DNA from: Malacoraja senta
Taxonomy: Eukaryota
Assembly (NCBI GenBank): GCA_038087875.1
Contig: CM075987.1
Location: forward strand, 27,962,001 to 28,026,000
Length of the DNA: 64,000 nt
Direction: 5' to 3'
The position numbers and the translations under genes are program-made. Shown in pieces: positions 12,719 through 26,501 of the stretch (positions within the stretch are counted from its first letter, which is position 1; every line of letters starts with the position of its first letter). The notes below the pieces were generated by a model. It saw only the letters and a program-made list of their open reading frames with translations. It made no database searches and was not told the origin of the DNA.

Positions 12719-14451
12719 GCCGTACAGGTCAGAGCACCACATTGTCCCGTACACTCCCCCAGCTCAATCACACTTTCTCTTTCCCTGTCCTGACAGAGTT
12801 TTCAACTTGAAACATTAACTCTTTCTCTCTTCACAGATGCTGCTGAGTGTTTCCAGCAGTTTCTGTTTTCATTTCAGATTTCCAGCATCTGCAGTTTTTC
12901 GTTCCCATTAGTCAGGGTTCCACTCAGTCCCATCCCCCTAACATGGGCAAATACGTCCAGTTTAGATGGGGCATCTCAGTTAGTATGGATGAGTTGGGCA
13001 GAAGGGCCTATTTCCATGCTGTCTGGCTCCCTGACACTGACTAATGGCATGTGGGCTGGTAAGTTAATTGGTTGCTGTAAAGAATCATGACTCTAGTTGG
13101 TGGATCTAGGGGAACTGATGGGAATGTGAGGGGAGAAAAATAGGATTAATATAGGATTAGTGTAAACAAATGGCTGACGGTTGGCACAGACTCGATGGGC
13201 TGAAGGGCCTGTTTCCATGCCCTATCTCTCCACAATTCTATGACTGTAGAAAAAGAAGAGAAGGAAGGATTCAGGAAAGGACAATGTGAAAGTTAGGGCA
13301 GATCATTGAGTTCTGTTTGATTGCAGGAAGCAGCTCCGAGACTTCCATCAATGCACAAAACAGAGGCAAGGGCTGGGGCAAGGACACTGAGGAGATGGTG
13401 ATCCCATAAAGTCTTGAAGATGACAGAGTGAACCAGCATCTGCACTTCCTTCATTCTCCAATGCGGTTTACAGGAACCTGGAATACATGGGTCACCTTAT
13501 GAAGAAACGTTGGACATGTTGGGCTTGTATCTGCCAGAGTTTAAAATAATGAAAGTGGACTGAATTTAAATATATAAGGTCCTGAGATGTTTTGACAGGA
13601 GAGCCAGAGAGGATCTTTCTGCTTATGAGTGAAACTAGATCAAGGATCACTGTTTAAAAGTAAGAATCTGGTGTTTTTGGCGGAGAGAAGGTGACAGATT
13701 TCCTCCTGGTGATCCGTGAGTTATAACTCTCCACACCAACTGCTGGAAACAGTCATGGAATATTTTAACGGCAGACCCTTGATAAGCAGTGAGCTGAGTC
13801 ATTTGCTGTGAAGCAACTGGAATGTGGAGTTGATGCATCTGTATGACAAGCGACACTATGCCAAGACACACTGAGTAGGTCAGGCAGAAACAGCTTAGGA
13901 TGGTTCAGGGTGAGCTGCTGAGTACTCAGATCTCTGGCTTTTTCTTCTGTTTGATTTAAATCCTTAGACATTTTGTTCGACAATTCTGGTTACATTATGA
14001 TGACAGAGAAAGGGAGAGAAAGATTCATTAAATTGAAGTGTGGCTAAGAAATGGGAACCAGCAGATTCTGTGGGAAGTTGACACTTCCCGTTCCAGGAAT
14101 GCCTGGCTGCTTCCTTCTGTCTCTGCTGGAAGTCCGACACAAAGGGTGTGTGGAGGTGGGGAGCAGCCTTGCAGGAAGGCCGCAGAGAGGAGGTTGATTC
14201 CCAGAGAGGGCAGTGAGGGAATGGGAATAGACGTGTGCTGCAATGACCCCGGTGAATGTACTCTCCTGGGTCAATCGTCCTCCATCGGAGAAGATACTGA
14301 ACCTGACTGACCTCTCCAGTCACTGTGTCCAAGTGGTTATGTTGTGGAGAGGAGGTTCACCGTGACCCTGGGCCGTGGACACACGGTGGTTGTGCACAAA
14401 ACATGACCTCAAATGTTAACCTCTTCCTCTCCCCCCCCCCCCCCCCCCCAG

Positions 14452-14573
14452 TGAAGACGATGCAGTGACTATGTACAAGACCGCCACCCTCCTCAACATG
14501 ACCGGGCCTGGTTATGTCTGGCTTGTCGGAGAGAGAGAAATATCCGGCAGGGCCATGCAACACGTTCCAGAAG
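14452..14573 (+). CDS. grin1: GluN1 ATD exon EDDAVTMYK...[12 protein letters not shown]...PE (122 nt)
   Basis: poly-C-cag|TGAA...GAAG|gtatgg. Confidence 0.96.
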
Positions 14574-14753
14574 GTATGGCAGCGCCACACCACTCTTGTG
14601 CCCTTCTCTCTGACATCCCGTACATGAATGATGTGTCTCTGATGTGTATCCAGTCCACCGTCTGTCTACTCCCCCTGTCCCCTTTGTCCCCCCGCTGTCT
14701 AGCCGCTCTGATGCAGGGACCCACCCAGCTCTGGTGCTTTGCTTCACTTCCAG

Positions 14754-14928
14754 GTGTGATTGGTTTGCAACTTATCGACGGTAAGAATGAGACGGCTCAC
14801 ATTCATGATGCGGTGGGTATCGTGGCTCAGTCCATCCACGAGCTCTTTGAGAAGGAGAACATCACCGACCCTCCCAAAGGTTGTGTGGGAAACACCAACA
14901 TATGGAAAACTGGACCTCTCTTTAAAAG
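14754..14928 (+). CDS. grin1: GluN1 ATD exon [13 protein letters not shown]...[16 protein letters not shown] (175 nt)
   Basis: ttccag|GTG...AAAG|gtgagt. Confidence 0.97.
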
Positions 14929-14979
14929 GTGAGTCTGCACCTGTAACAATGCATTGTGGTAGCCACCGTGCACACCCGA

Positions 14980-15160
14980 GTGCATTGTTGCCCGTGCACT
15001 GCACTGTTGCCCGTGCACTGCACTGTTGCCCGTGCACTGCATTGTTGCCCGTGCACTGCACTGTTGCCCGTGCACTGCACTGTTGCCCGTGCACTGCACT
15101 GTTGCCCGTGCACTGCACTGTTGCCCGTGCACTGCACTGTTGCCCGTGCACTGCATTGTT
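14980..15160. repeat. 19-bp minisatellite (GCACTGTTGCCCGTGCACT)n, about 9 units
   Basis: Direct reading. Confidence 0.95.
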
Positions 15161-16026
15161 GCAGCTGGCATTAGTCCCACCTCTACCACTTTGTCCCATT
15201 GTTATTGTAAACTGTTATCAAGGTGTGGGATCGGATCCGAGGCCAGCTTTTATTGCCCAATCCCCAACACTATGTGAAGGCAGACAGACACAAAGTGCTG
15301 GAGAAACTCGGTGGGTCACACAGCATCTCTGGAGAAAAGGAAAGGAATAGGTGACGTTTTGGGTAGGAACCCTTCTTCAGATTGATAGGAGCGCTGAGTT
15401 ACTCTAGCATTTTGTGTCTATCTTCAGATAAAACTCATTGGGTAAAATGGCACAGACCACAGTTCAGCTGCACAGCTGAGGCTGGAGGTGGTGGAACTGA
15501 ATGTAATATTCACCTGGAGCTGCCGTGACAGCACCTGTCCATGTCCCAAGTAGGGCCAGAGGCAGCTACTGATTGCCTGGCAGTGGGAATAAGTTCCTGT
15601 CGGGCGGTGATCCAGAGAATCTGTGATCCCAGGGGCCAGGGATCCAGTGTGTCTGTGATCAGTGGGATGGCAGTCCTGTGATCTCTTGATGCTGTTGGCC
15701 AGTAATCTTGTTTAAGAAACAACTAGACAGGGGCATGGATAGGACAGGTTTGGAGGGATATGGACCAAACATAGGCAGGTGGGTCCAGTGTAGATGGGAC
15801 ATGTTGGTTGGTGTGGGAAAGTTGGGCCAAAGGACCTGTCTCCACACTCTATGACCTGTGATCCCTTGATGCTGTGGGCCAGTAATCTCATAGACCTGTG
15901 ATATATTGGGCCGGTGACCCAGGCCACCAGTGCCTCTAGTTCTCCAGCTGCCGGGACAGTGGCGGTGTGTGAACGTGCGTGTGGCTTTGGTGCCGTTGCT
16001 AAGGTGGTATCCATGTGTCCCCACAG

Positions 16027-16171
16027 GGTGCTGCTCTCCACCAAGTACCCAGAAGGCTTCACGGGACAAGTGGAGTTTAACGATGAGGGAGATCGGAAGT
16101 TTTCTAACTACAGCATTGTGAATGTGCAGAAAGGAAAGCTGGTGCAAATTGGAGTTTATAACGGCACCAAC
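16027..16171 (+). CDS. grin1: GluN1 ATD exon [10 protein letters not shown]...GVYNGTN (145 nt)
   Basis: ccacag|GGT...AAC|gtacgt. Confidence 0.96.
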
Positions 16172-16538
16172 GTACGTATAATCATCAGCCCAAGCCGTGT
16201 CGTCAGTCATGATTGCAACATGATTGTTTCCGTGTCAAAGCGGGGCAGGACCTTCAGAGTAAATGGCAGGGCTCTGGGGAGTGTTGTGGAGCAGAGGGAT
16301 CTAGGAGTGCAGCGACATAATGCTTTGACAGTGGCGTCACGGGAGATAGGGTGGTGAAGGTTTTCAGTACATTGGCCTTCATCAGTCAGGTTATTGAGTA
16401 TGGAAGTTGTGTTGTATGAGTCTATGACGGGGACTACATCTCGATGGGAAGACACTGACCGGTCGGGCCCTTGCCACTGGCTCTGCTGTGTTTGTGTCTG
16501 TAATACTCGCCTGATTCTCCATTTGGTCCGTTCCACAG

Positions 16539-16622
16539 GTTCTGCTGAATGACAAGAAGATCATCTGGCCAGGCAGCGAGTTAAACACTCCCAAAGGCTT
16601 TCAGATGTCGACAAGGTTAAAG
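16539..16622 (+). CDS. grin1: GluN1 ATD-S1 linker exon [28 protein letters not shown] (84 nt)
   Basis: ccacag|GTT...AAG|gtaaag; absent from the ORF track, translated by hand. Confidence 0.96.
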
Positions 16623-16677
16623 GTAAAGACTGGCCAGAGTAGAGCACAAGCCCCATTTCTCAGTGGGACCAGTAACG

Positions 16678-16865
16678 TGTGCAGCGGGTAGTGCTGCTGC
16701 CTCCAGTCACCCTGTTCAGCCCTGACCTTGGCCGTTATCTACCAGGGGGTTGCACATTATCCTGTGAACGTGTGGGTTTGCTCCGAGTGTTCCGGTTCCT
16801 TCCACATCTCACAGTTGTGCGGGTCAGTGTTTGAGTCGGCTGCTGTAAATGACCCTTGGGGTAGG
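16678..16865 (+). mobile_element. Diverged HE1-like V-SINE, 5' two-thirds, running into the 15-bp array
   Basis: GCAGCGGGTAGTGCTGCTGCC...CGTGTGGGTTTGCTCCGAGTGTTCCGGTT...TGTAAATGACCC. Confidence 0.75.
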
Positions 16866-17825
16866 TGGTCACTAGTGTAGTGGTCGTTAATGTAGAGGTC
16901 ACTAGTGTAGAGGTCACTAGTGTAGAGATCACGTCTAGTGGTCACTAGTGTAGAGGTCACTAGTGTAGAGGTCACTAGTGTAGAGGTCACTAGTGTAGAG
17001 GTCACTAGTGTAGAGGTCACTAGTGTAGAGGTCACTAGTGTAGAGGTCACTAGTGTAGAGGTCACTAGTGTAGAGGTCACTAGTGTAGAGGTCACTAGTG
17101 TAGAGGTCACTAGTGTAGAGGTCACTAGTGTAGAGGTCAGTAGTGTAGTGGTCAGTAGTGTAGAGGTCAGTAGTGTAGAGGTCAGTAGTGTAGTGGTCAG
17201 TAGTGTAGAGGTCACTAGTGTAGAGGTCAGTAGTGTAGAGGTCACTAGTGTAGAGGTCACTAGTGTAGAGGTCACTAGTGTAGAGGTCACTAGTGTAGAG
17301 GTCACTAGTGTAGAGGTCACTAGTGTAGAGGTCGCTAGTGCAGTGGTCGCTAGTGCAGTGGTCACTAGTGCAGTGGTCACTAGTGTAGAGGTCAGTAGTG
17401 TAGAGGTCAGTAGTGTAGTGGTCACTAGTGTAGTGGTCACTAGTGTAGTGGTCACTAGTGTAGTGGTCACTAGTGTAGAGGTCACTAGTGTAGTGGTCAC
17501 TAGTGTAGAGGTCAGTAGTGTAGTGGTCACTAGTGTAGAGGTCACTAGTGTAGTGGTCACTAGTGTAGAGGTCACTAGTGTAGAGGTCAGTAGTGTAGTG
17601 GTCAGTAGTGTAGAGGTCAGTAGTGTAGTGGTCAGTAGTGTAGAGGTCAATAATGTAGAGGTCAGTAGTGTAGAGATCATGTCTAGTGGTCACTAGTGTA
17701 GAGGTCAGTAGTGTAGAGGTCACTAGTGTGGCCATTAGTGTAGTGGTCAGTAGTGTAGAGGTCAGTAGTGTAGTGGTCACTAGTGTAGAGATCATGTCTA
17801 GTGGTCAGTAGTGTAGTGGTCAGTA
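16866..17825. repeat. 15-bp minisatellite (GGTCACTAGTGTAGA)n, about 64 units
   Basis: Direct reading; variants GTCAGTAG and TAGTGG. Confidence 0.97.
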
Positions 17826-18367
17826 ATGTTAGTGACGAGCTGGAGGATGCATTCACTGGTCACCAGGTACATTCTGTCAATTGAGATGAGTTCTGCGTTT
17901 TGTCTGAGATTTATAGAAGTTGTCACTGACACACAGTTAGGAAGTACTTTAAATTTAAAAGTTACCACAAGCCCGTGCATGTTTTATCTGGTGTATTACA
18001 AGATATTGGCAACAGTTTATTACTAGCTTATCTAAACCCACACAAAGAGCTGAGAATTACGGGTAAAGAGGATGCAAAGTTCATGACTTTACACCATGGA
18101 GTGTACCTTAGACTGAAGCCCTGCAGCACAGAATGTCACCCATTCCTTCTCTCCACAGATGCTGCCTGTCCCGCTGAGTTACTCCAGCATTTTGTGTCTA
18201 CCTTCAGTATGGGATCTGGCACTCGCCATCTTTGGCACTGCATCCAGTCGGAACCACAGCACGGCAAAACGCCTCTGGCTTTTGGGAAATATTTTTCAAC
18301 CTCCGGTGAAACTGCAAAAAAATTACTCATTAATGTACAGTTAGAATAGTTACAGTTAGACTCAGTC

Positions 18368-18765
18368 ATGTTGCTGGAGTTTAGGAGGATGAGGGGGAAC
18401 CTCATTAAAACTTGCCAAATAGTGAAAGGCCTGGATAGAGTGGATATGGAGAGGATGTTTCCACTAGTGGGAGAGTCTAGGACCAGAGGGCACAGCCTCA
18501 GAATAAAAGGACATACCGTTTAGAGAGATGAGGAACAATTTATTTCGTCACATTTGATGAATCTGTGGAACTCATTGCCACAGACGGCTGTGGAGGCCAA
18601 GTCAATGGATATGTTTAGGACGGAGATCGATAGATTCTTGATTAGTACGGGTGTCAGGGGTTATGGGGAGAAGACAGGAGAATGGGATTGAGAGGGAAAA
18701 AGAGATCAGCCATGATTGAAATGCGGAGTAGACTTGATGGGCCGAATGGCCTAATTCTGGTCCTG
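18368..18765 (+). mobile_element. CR1-clade LINE 3' fragment (related copies near 7960-8165, 21938-22140, 30119-30318, 39200-39298, 54073-54550; - strand near 26001-26160)
   Basis: RRMRG-type ORF2 tail plus the shared 3'UTR. Confidence 0.8.
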
Positions 18766-18809
18766 GATCTTGTGGATTTATGTTTGGATTTGATTTACTT
18801 TGCGCACAG

Positions 18810-18945
18810 ATCGTCAGTATTTACCAAGAGCCGTTTGTATACGTGAAGCCGACCACGGCAGACGGGACATGTCAGGAGGAATACACGATTCATGGGGATC
18901 CCATCAAGAAGGTGATCTGTACAGGGCCTAACGCCACTGTGCCCG
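18810..18945 (+). CDS. grin1: GluN1 S1 exon [14 protein letters not shown]...CTGPNATVP (136 nt)
   Basis: cacag|ATC...CCCG|gtaagt. Confidence 0.96.
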
Positions 18946-19309
18946 GTAAGTCCTGCATCTCAACACTGCGTGGGCATGAGGTGGCACAGTCCCCTCACAC
19001 GCTGGCACACACGTCTTGATGTACATATCCCTGGGGTGGAATGTGATTGGAGCCGTTCCCAGGCCGTATCGCACTCCTCTGCAAATTCAAGCAGGATTCA
19101 TCCATATATATGAATGAAAGATAGATCAGCCATGGGCCTCATTTCTGCACCAACAACTCATGATCTTTTACCGCAGAAACCTCTGTGATGTAGTCTGTCA
19201 GGCAGGTGTTGCAGGGAGCTTGGCCATTGCTGGGGTAACTGGGCCACATTGTCCCCTGCAACCACTGCTCTGTGCCTCTGTAGAGGCAGCATGTACATTG
19301 TGTCCCTGG

Positions 19310-19820
19310 GACCCCTCCCCCACCACCCGCTGACGACCTACCTCCAGCTCCGGTCCTGTGGACATCCGCCTCCCACCCACCACCCCCACCCCGAACCCCC
19401 ACCCTCCCCCATCCCCACCCCCACCCACCACCCCCGGCTGCAGCCAAGGGCTCCCCCATATCAGGCCCCAGGTGCACCTCCAACAGCCGGCTACAACAGG
19501 TCCTCACCCCAGGATCCCATTGCCACCCTCACCCCCACCACCACCCCCTCTACCCTCCCCCATCCCCACCCTCACCTCCACCCTCCCCCATCCCCATCCA
19601 CACCCTCACCCCACCCACACCCCCACCTTATCCCATCCCCACCCTCCCCCATCCCCACCCCACCCCTCCCCCATCCCCACCCACGGCCCACCCTCCCCCA
19701 TCCCCACCCTCACCCCACCCACACCCCCACCTTATCCCATCCCCACCCCCACCCTCCCCCATCCCAACCCCACCCTCCCCCCCCCCCTCCCCACCCCCCC
19801 CCCTCCCCCATCCCCCACCC
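19310..19820. repeat. C-rich low-complexity tract (CCCCATCCCCACCC-like)
   Basis: Direct reading. Confidence 0.85.
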
Positions 19821-20169
19821 ATGAGATGGACACAGTGAGAGACTGAGACACCGGATCAGCCACGATTTTCTTGAATAGCAGAATGGGTTCAAAGGGCTGA
19901 TTGGCCTCCTCAACCTGTGTTGCTGATGTTCTAGTATTCCTCTGGAGGAGATGAACACTAGTTGTGGGAAAGCAAGTTGTGTGTGACGTTAAAAATGAGG
20001 GTCCTGACGGCTGGGGCAGGACAGCTGCATTGCTGCAGGTTTCACGTTCCGCCCACCATCCCCACAACCACCATCCCCACACCTTACTGCATTGAATGAC
20101 GTGAGTTGCATTGTATGTGACCACGGGAATCGTGCATGTAAACCATGGCCTGTGTGCGTTGTCCGGCAG

Positions 20170-20303
20170 GTTGGCCCATCGTCCCTCAGTGTTGCTACGG
20201 ATTCTGCATCGATCTACTCATCAAGCTCGCCAGCACCCCCACACTCAACTTCACGTACGAGGTACACCTCGTCCAAGATGGGAAGTTCGGGACTCAGGAG
20301 CGA
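20170..20303 (+). CDS. grin1: GluN1 S1 exon [16 protein letters not shown]...DGKFGTQER (134 nt)
   Basis: ggcag|GTT...CGA|gtaggt. Confidence 0.96.
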
Positions 20304-20307
20304 GTAG

Positions 20308-20685
<378 letters not shown>

Positions 20686-20876
20686 TAACTGTAATGTTTG
20701 ATCATCATCCAGCTAGCTCAACATTGGGCATCAGCAAGACCTAGGAATGCAAGAATTCCAAATTAAGTTGCCAAGCTTTTTATCTTGTTATCCCCTCCCT
20801 CCAGATTGCATGACCCATAAGCTGATTGAGAGATCTTTAATGAGTGGTTGATGAGAGAGGCTGAGTGTGGTGGAGA

Positions 20877-21189
20877 TGGTGACGCAGTGCACAGTTGCTG
20901 CCTCAGCGCCAGAGACTCTGGTGCGATCCTGACCTTGGATCCTGTCTGTGTGTAGTTTGTACCTTCTCCCTGTGACCGCGTGCGTTTTCTCCGGGTGCTC
21001 TGCATTCCTCCCACATCCCAAAGACATGCAAGTTTGTTGGTTAATTGGCTGTCTGTAAAATGGACCTCGTGTGTAGGGAGGGGACGAGAAAGTGGGGTAA
21101 CAGAACAGTTATGAATGGGTGTTGGATAGTTGGCATGGACTCGGTGGAGTGAACGGCTTGGTTTCATGCTGTAGCTCTAAAAATAAACT
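20877..21189 (+). mobile_element. Full-length HE1-like V-SINE
   Basis: Reverse-complement similarity to 3266-3580. Confidence 0.85.
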
Positions 21190-21597
21190 CAGGTGCGGAG
21201 GAGAGATAGAGGTTGGGGGAGAGAGAAGAGAGATGGAAGAAACTCCTGAGATTGGGAAGTAGTTAATGATCAATGAGGATAAGTGGGAATGAGATATTTG
21301 ACAGACATTTGTCTTCAAATAGAAGTGGTGGCAGGCACAGGGAGAAGTAACTGAGGCCATTTTTGGGACGTGAAGCAGAGCTCTTAGATTGCGGTGTAGA
21401 AAGGAACTACAGATGCTGGTTTACACTGAACATACAAAGTGCTGGAGTAACTCAGCAGGTCAGCAGCAGCGTGAGTGATGTTTCAGGTCAGGACCCTTCT
21501 TCACTGCTGGAATCCCAGAGCTGTGGCAATTCCCCTTCCTTCTGTACGGGTGAGGCTCTTTAATCCAGGGTCAGTCATGAACCTAGAGTGAGGCTGA

Positions 21598-21753
<156 letters not shown>

Positions 21754-22870
21754 TAATGCACCATGAGACAGGATGGGTCCTTCACTCAGTGACGTGGACA
21801 CACAGACAGTGAGCAGTGGTGACATTACTAATCTTCACTGTAGTACCAAGGTCTCCAAAGACAATCAGGAACATTCTGAGCTGTGGATGGGAAGGTGATC
21901 AATGAGGCTCAGCACGTTTATGAAGAGCTGCCTCAGCCTGGTGAATCTGTGGAATTCATTGCCACAGACGGCTGTGGAGGCCAAGTCATTGGGTATTATA
22001 AAAGTGAAGATAAATAGATTCTTGATGAGGTGAGGGGTTATGGGGAGAAGGGCAGCAGAATGGGGTTGAGAGGGAGAGATTGATCAGCCATGATTGAATG
22101 GCAGAGTAGATGGGTTGAATGGCCTAATTCTGCTCCAATGTCTCATGGCTGCTGTCTTTAATCAGGAGGGCTGCAGGTGGAGATGGATGTTCAGTCCATG
22201 CAGTCCGGCCATCTGTCTGCTCACCTGGTTCCACCCCTGGGCGGTGTGGGGAATCGATACACGACACTGCCCCTGACTCGTGCTACCTAACGGTGGAGGC
22301 AAGAGGTACCTGTGTCCGAGTGGCCAGCGTGTCCTTCATTGATGGCCATCTCTGAGCCTGGGACTGGTTAGAAGTGGCCAGGGTAGTGGCAGCATCCCAT
22401 TGCTCTGCTGGTCAACAAGGATCCAGCAGGTATCTCCGGGGCAGCTGAAGGTGGGCGAGGGGGTGGAGATATAATGTGGGAGAGAGAGGATGGGGAGAGA
22501 AATGGGGTGATGGAAGAGAGAGAGAGAGTTTGGGAAGAGGGAGAGGAGGGAGGAAACTATTGAGATGATGATGCATGAGGATAACTGATAATGAGATATT
22601 TGACAAACTATTGTCCCAGAAGTGGCAGCAAGCACAGGGAGAAGTAAATGAGGTCACTTTGGGAAGTGAAGCAGGGCTTTGAGAGTGCTGCTCCTTTGCC
22701 AAAGCGACAGCAATTCCTTTTCATTTGATGCTGCTGCAATAATAGTGAGGCTGGTCCCGAGCAATGGAGAAGATTGTCCCATTGTATTCCTGGCAATTTA
22801 ACTTCAGCAAGTGTGGAGGACGGTATGGAGTGGAACTCTCCCCTGACCTCACAGAAAAACCCTGTGTTAA

Positions 22871-24133
<1,263 letters not shown>

Positions 24134-24167
24134 TGACTGTCGGCGCAAGGCCTGTGTTCAGGCGCTG

Positions 24168-25858
24168 ACACTGGTTATAGCGCACTGTTACACTGGGTTA
24201 TAGAACTGTTACACTGTGTTATAGAACTGTTACACTGGGTTATAGCACTGTTACACTGGGTTATAGCACTGTTACACTGGGTTATAGCACTGTTACACTG
24301 GGTTATAGCACTGGGTTATAGCACTGTTACACTGGGTTATAGCGCACTGTTACACTGGGTTATAGCACTGGGTTATAGCACTGTTACACTGGGTTATAGC
24401 ACTGTTATACTGGGTTATAGCACTGGGTTATAGCACTGTTACACTGGGTTATAGCACTGGGTTATAGCACTGTTACACTGGGTTATAGCACTGTTACACT
24501 GGGTTATAGCACTGTTACACTGGGTTATAGAGCACTGTTACACTGGGTTATAGCACTGTTACACTGGGTTATAGCACTGGGTTATAGCACTGTTACACTG
24601 GGTTATAGAGCACTGTTACACTGGGTTATAGAGCACTGTTACACTGGGTTATAGCACTGTTACACTGGGTTATAGCACTGTTACACTGGGTTATAGAGCA
24701 CTGTTACACTGGGTTATAGCACTGTTACACTGAGTTATAGCACTGTTACACTGGGTTGTAGAGCACTGTTACACTGGGTTATAGCACTGTTACACTGGAT
24801 TATAGCACTGTTACACTGGGTTATAGCACTGTTACACTGGGTTATAGAGCACTGTTACACTGGGTTATAGCACTGTTACACTGGGTTATAGAGCACTGTT
24901 ACACTGGGTTATAGCACTGTTACACTGAGTTATAGCACTGTTACACTGGGTTATAGAGCACTGTTACACTGGGTTATAGCACTGTTACACTGGGTTATAG
25001 CACTGTTACACTGGGTTATAGCACTGTTACACTGGGTTATAGCACTGGGTTATAGCACTGTTACACTGGGTTATAGCGCACTGTTACACTGGGTTATAGC
25101 AGTTACACTGGGTTATAGCACTGTTACACTGGGTTATAGCACTGTTACACTGGGTTATAGCACTGTTACACTGGGTTATAGCACTGTTACACTGGGTTAT
25201 AGAGCACTGTTACACTGGGTTATAGCACTGTTACGCTGGGTTATAGCATTGGATTATAGCACTGTTACACTGGGTTATAGCACTGTTACACTGGGTTATA
25301 GCACTGTTACACTGGGTTATAGCACTGTTACACTGGGTTATAGCACTGTTACACTGGGTTATAGAGCACTGTTACACTGGGTTATAGCACTGTTACACTG
25401 GGTTATAGCACTGGATTATAGCACTGTTACACTGGGTTATAGCGCACTGTTACACTGGATTATAGCACTGTTACACTGGGTTATAGCACTGTTACACTGG
25501 GTTATAGAGCACTGTTACACTGGGTTATAGCACTGTTACACTGAGTTATAGCACTGTTACACTGGGTTATAGCACTGTTACACTGGGTTATAGCACTGTT
25601 ACACTGGGTTATAGAGCACTGTTACACTGGGTTATAGCACTGTTACACTGGATTATAGCACTGTTACACTGGGTTATAACACTGTTACACTGGGTTATAG
25701 CACTGTTACACTGGGTTATAGCACTGTTACACTGGGTTATAGCACTGTTACACTGGGTTATAGCACTGTTACACTGGGTTATAGCACTGTTACACTGGGT
25801 TATAGCACTGTTACACTGGGTTATAGCACTGTTACACTGGGTTATAGCACTGTTACAC
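24168..25858. repeat. 21-bp minisatellite (GTTATAGCACTGTTACACTGG)n, about 80 units with 13- and 23-bp variants
   Basis: Direct reading. Confidence 0.97.
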
Positions 25859-26371
25859 CTAGACAAGGAAACAAGCAGTTACTGTGCCTCTCTCTCCGTC
25901 CCCCCCCCCCCCCCAATAAACTGCAGCTCCTCAGTAACAGTCACAGTAGCTTTGTAATCTTTAACAGTCCTGTCATTTTACTGCAAGGGCCAGCGGAGAA
26001 ACATGGAAACATAGAAACTAGGTTCGGAGTAGGCCATTCGGCCCTTCGAGCCAGCACCGTTATTCAATATGATCATGGCTGATCATCCAAAATCAGTACC
26101 CCGGTCCTGCTTTTTGCCCATATCCCTTCATTTCGTTAGCCCTAAGAGCTTAATCTAACTCAGAGCGACCTAACTCGCCGTTTCTCACAAGTTAGACAGT
26201 GAGTGGATCCCAGTGTGAGCAAATTAACATCACTAACACACATTAACCTGGCCATTAATACTGATAAAATATCCATTAATAACTGATTGAGAAGTGCAGC
26301 CACAACTCTTACACAGGGTAAGTCTGAGGGTTAATAGATGCACAGAATGATTCCACACAGAACAAACTGAG

Positions 26372-26501
26372 TAGGAAGGAACTGCAGATGCTGGTTTACA
26401 CTGAAGATAGACACAAAATGCTGGAGTAACTCAGCGGGTCAGGCAGCATCTCTGGAGAGAAGGAATGGGTGACGTTTCGGGTCGAGACCCTTCTTCAGAC
26501 T
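26372..26501 (-). mobile_element. Penelope-derived short terminal repeat with the best-preserved minimal hammerhead-like core
   Basis: - strand reads AGT-CTGAAGA-A-GGGTCTCGACCC-GAAAC-GTC-ACCC; family recurs many times in the window. Confidence 0.7.

Noticed and set aside
11770-12818. Long ORFs (AQTTPP, TNHTTG, HKPHHR, CAGGVV repeats) resembling mucin or His-rich proteins
   Set aside because: By-product of an 18-bp unit without stops; intronic, with no supporting gene structure
16757-17795. Long VTSVE / TSDLY / VTSTL ORFs
   Set aside because: Translation of the 15-bp minisatellite
24168-25858. Regular array superficially like a CRISPR
   Set aside because: Head-to-tail units with no unique spacers, no cas genes, and a vertebrate intron context
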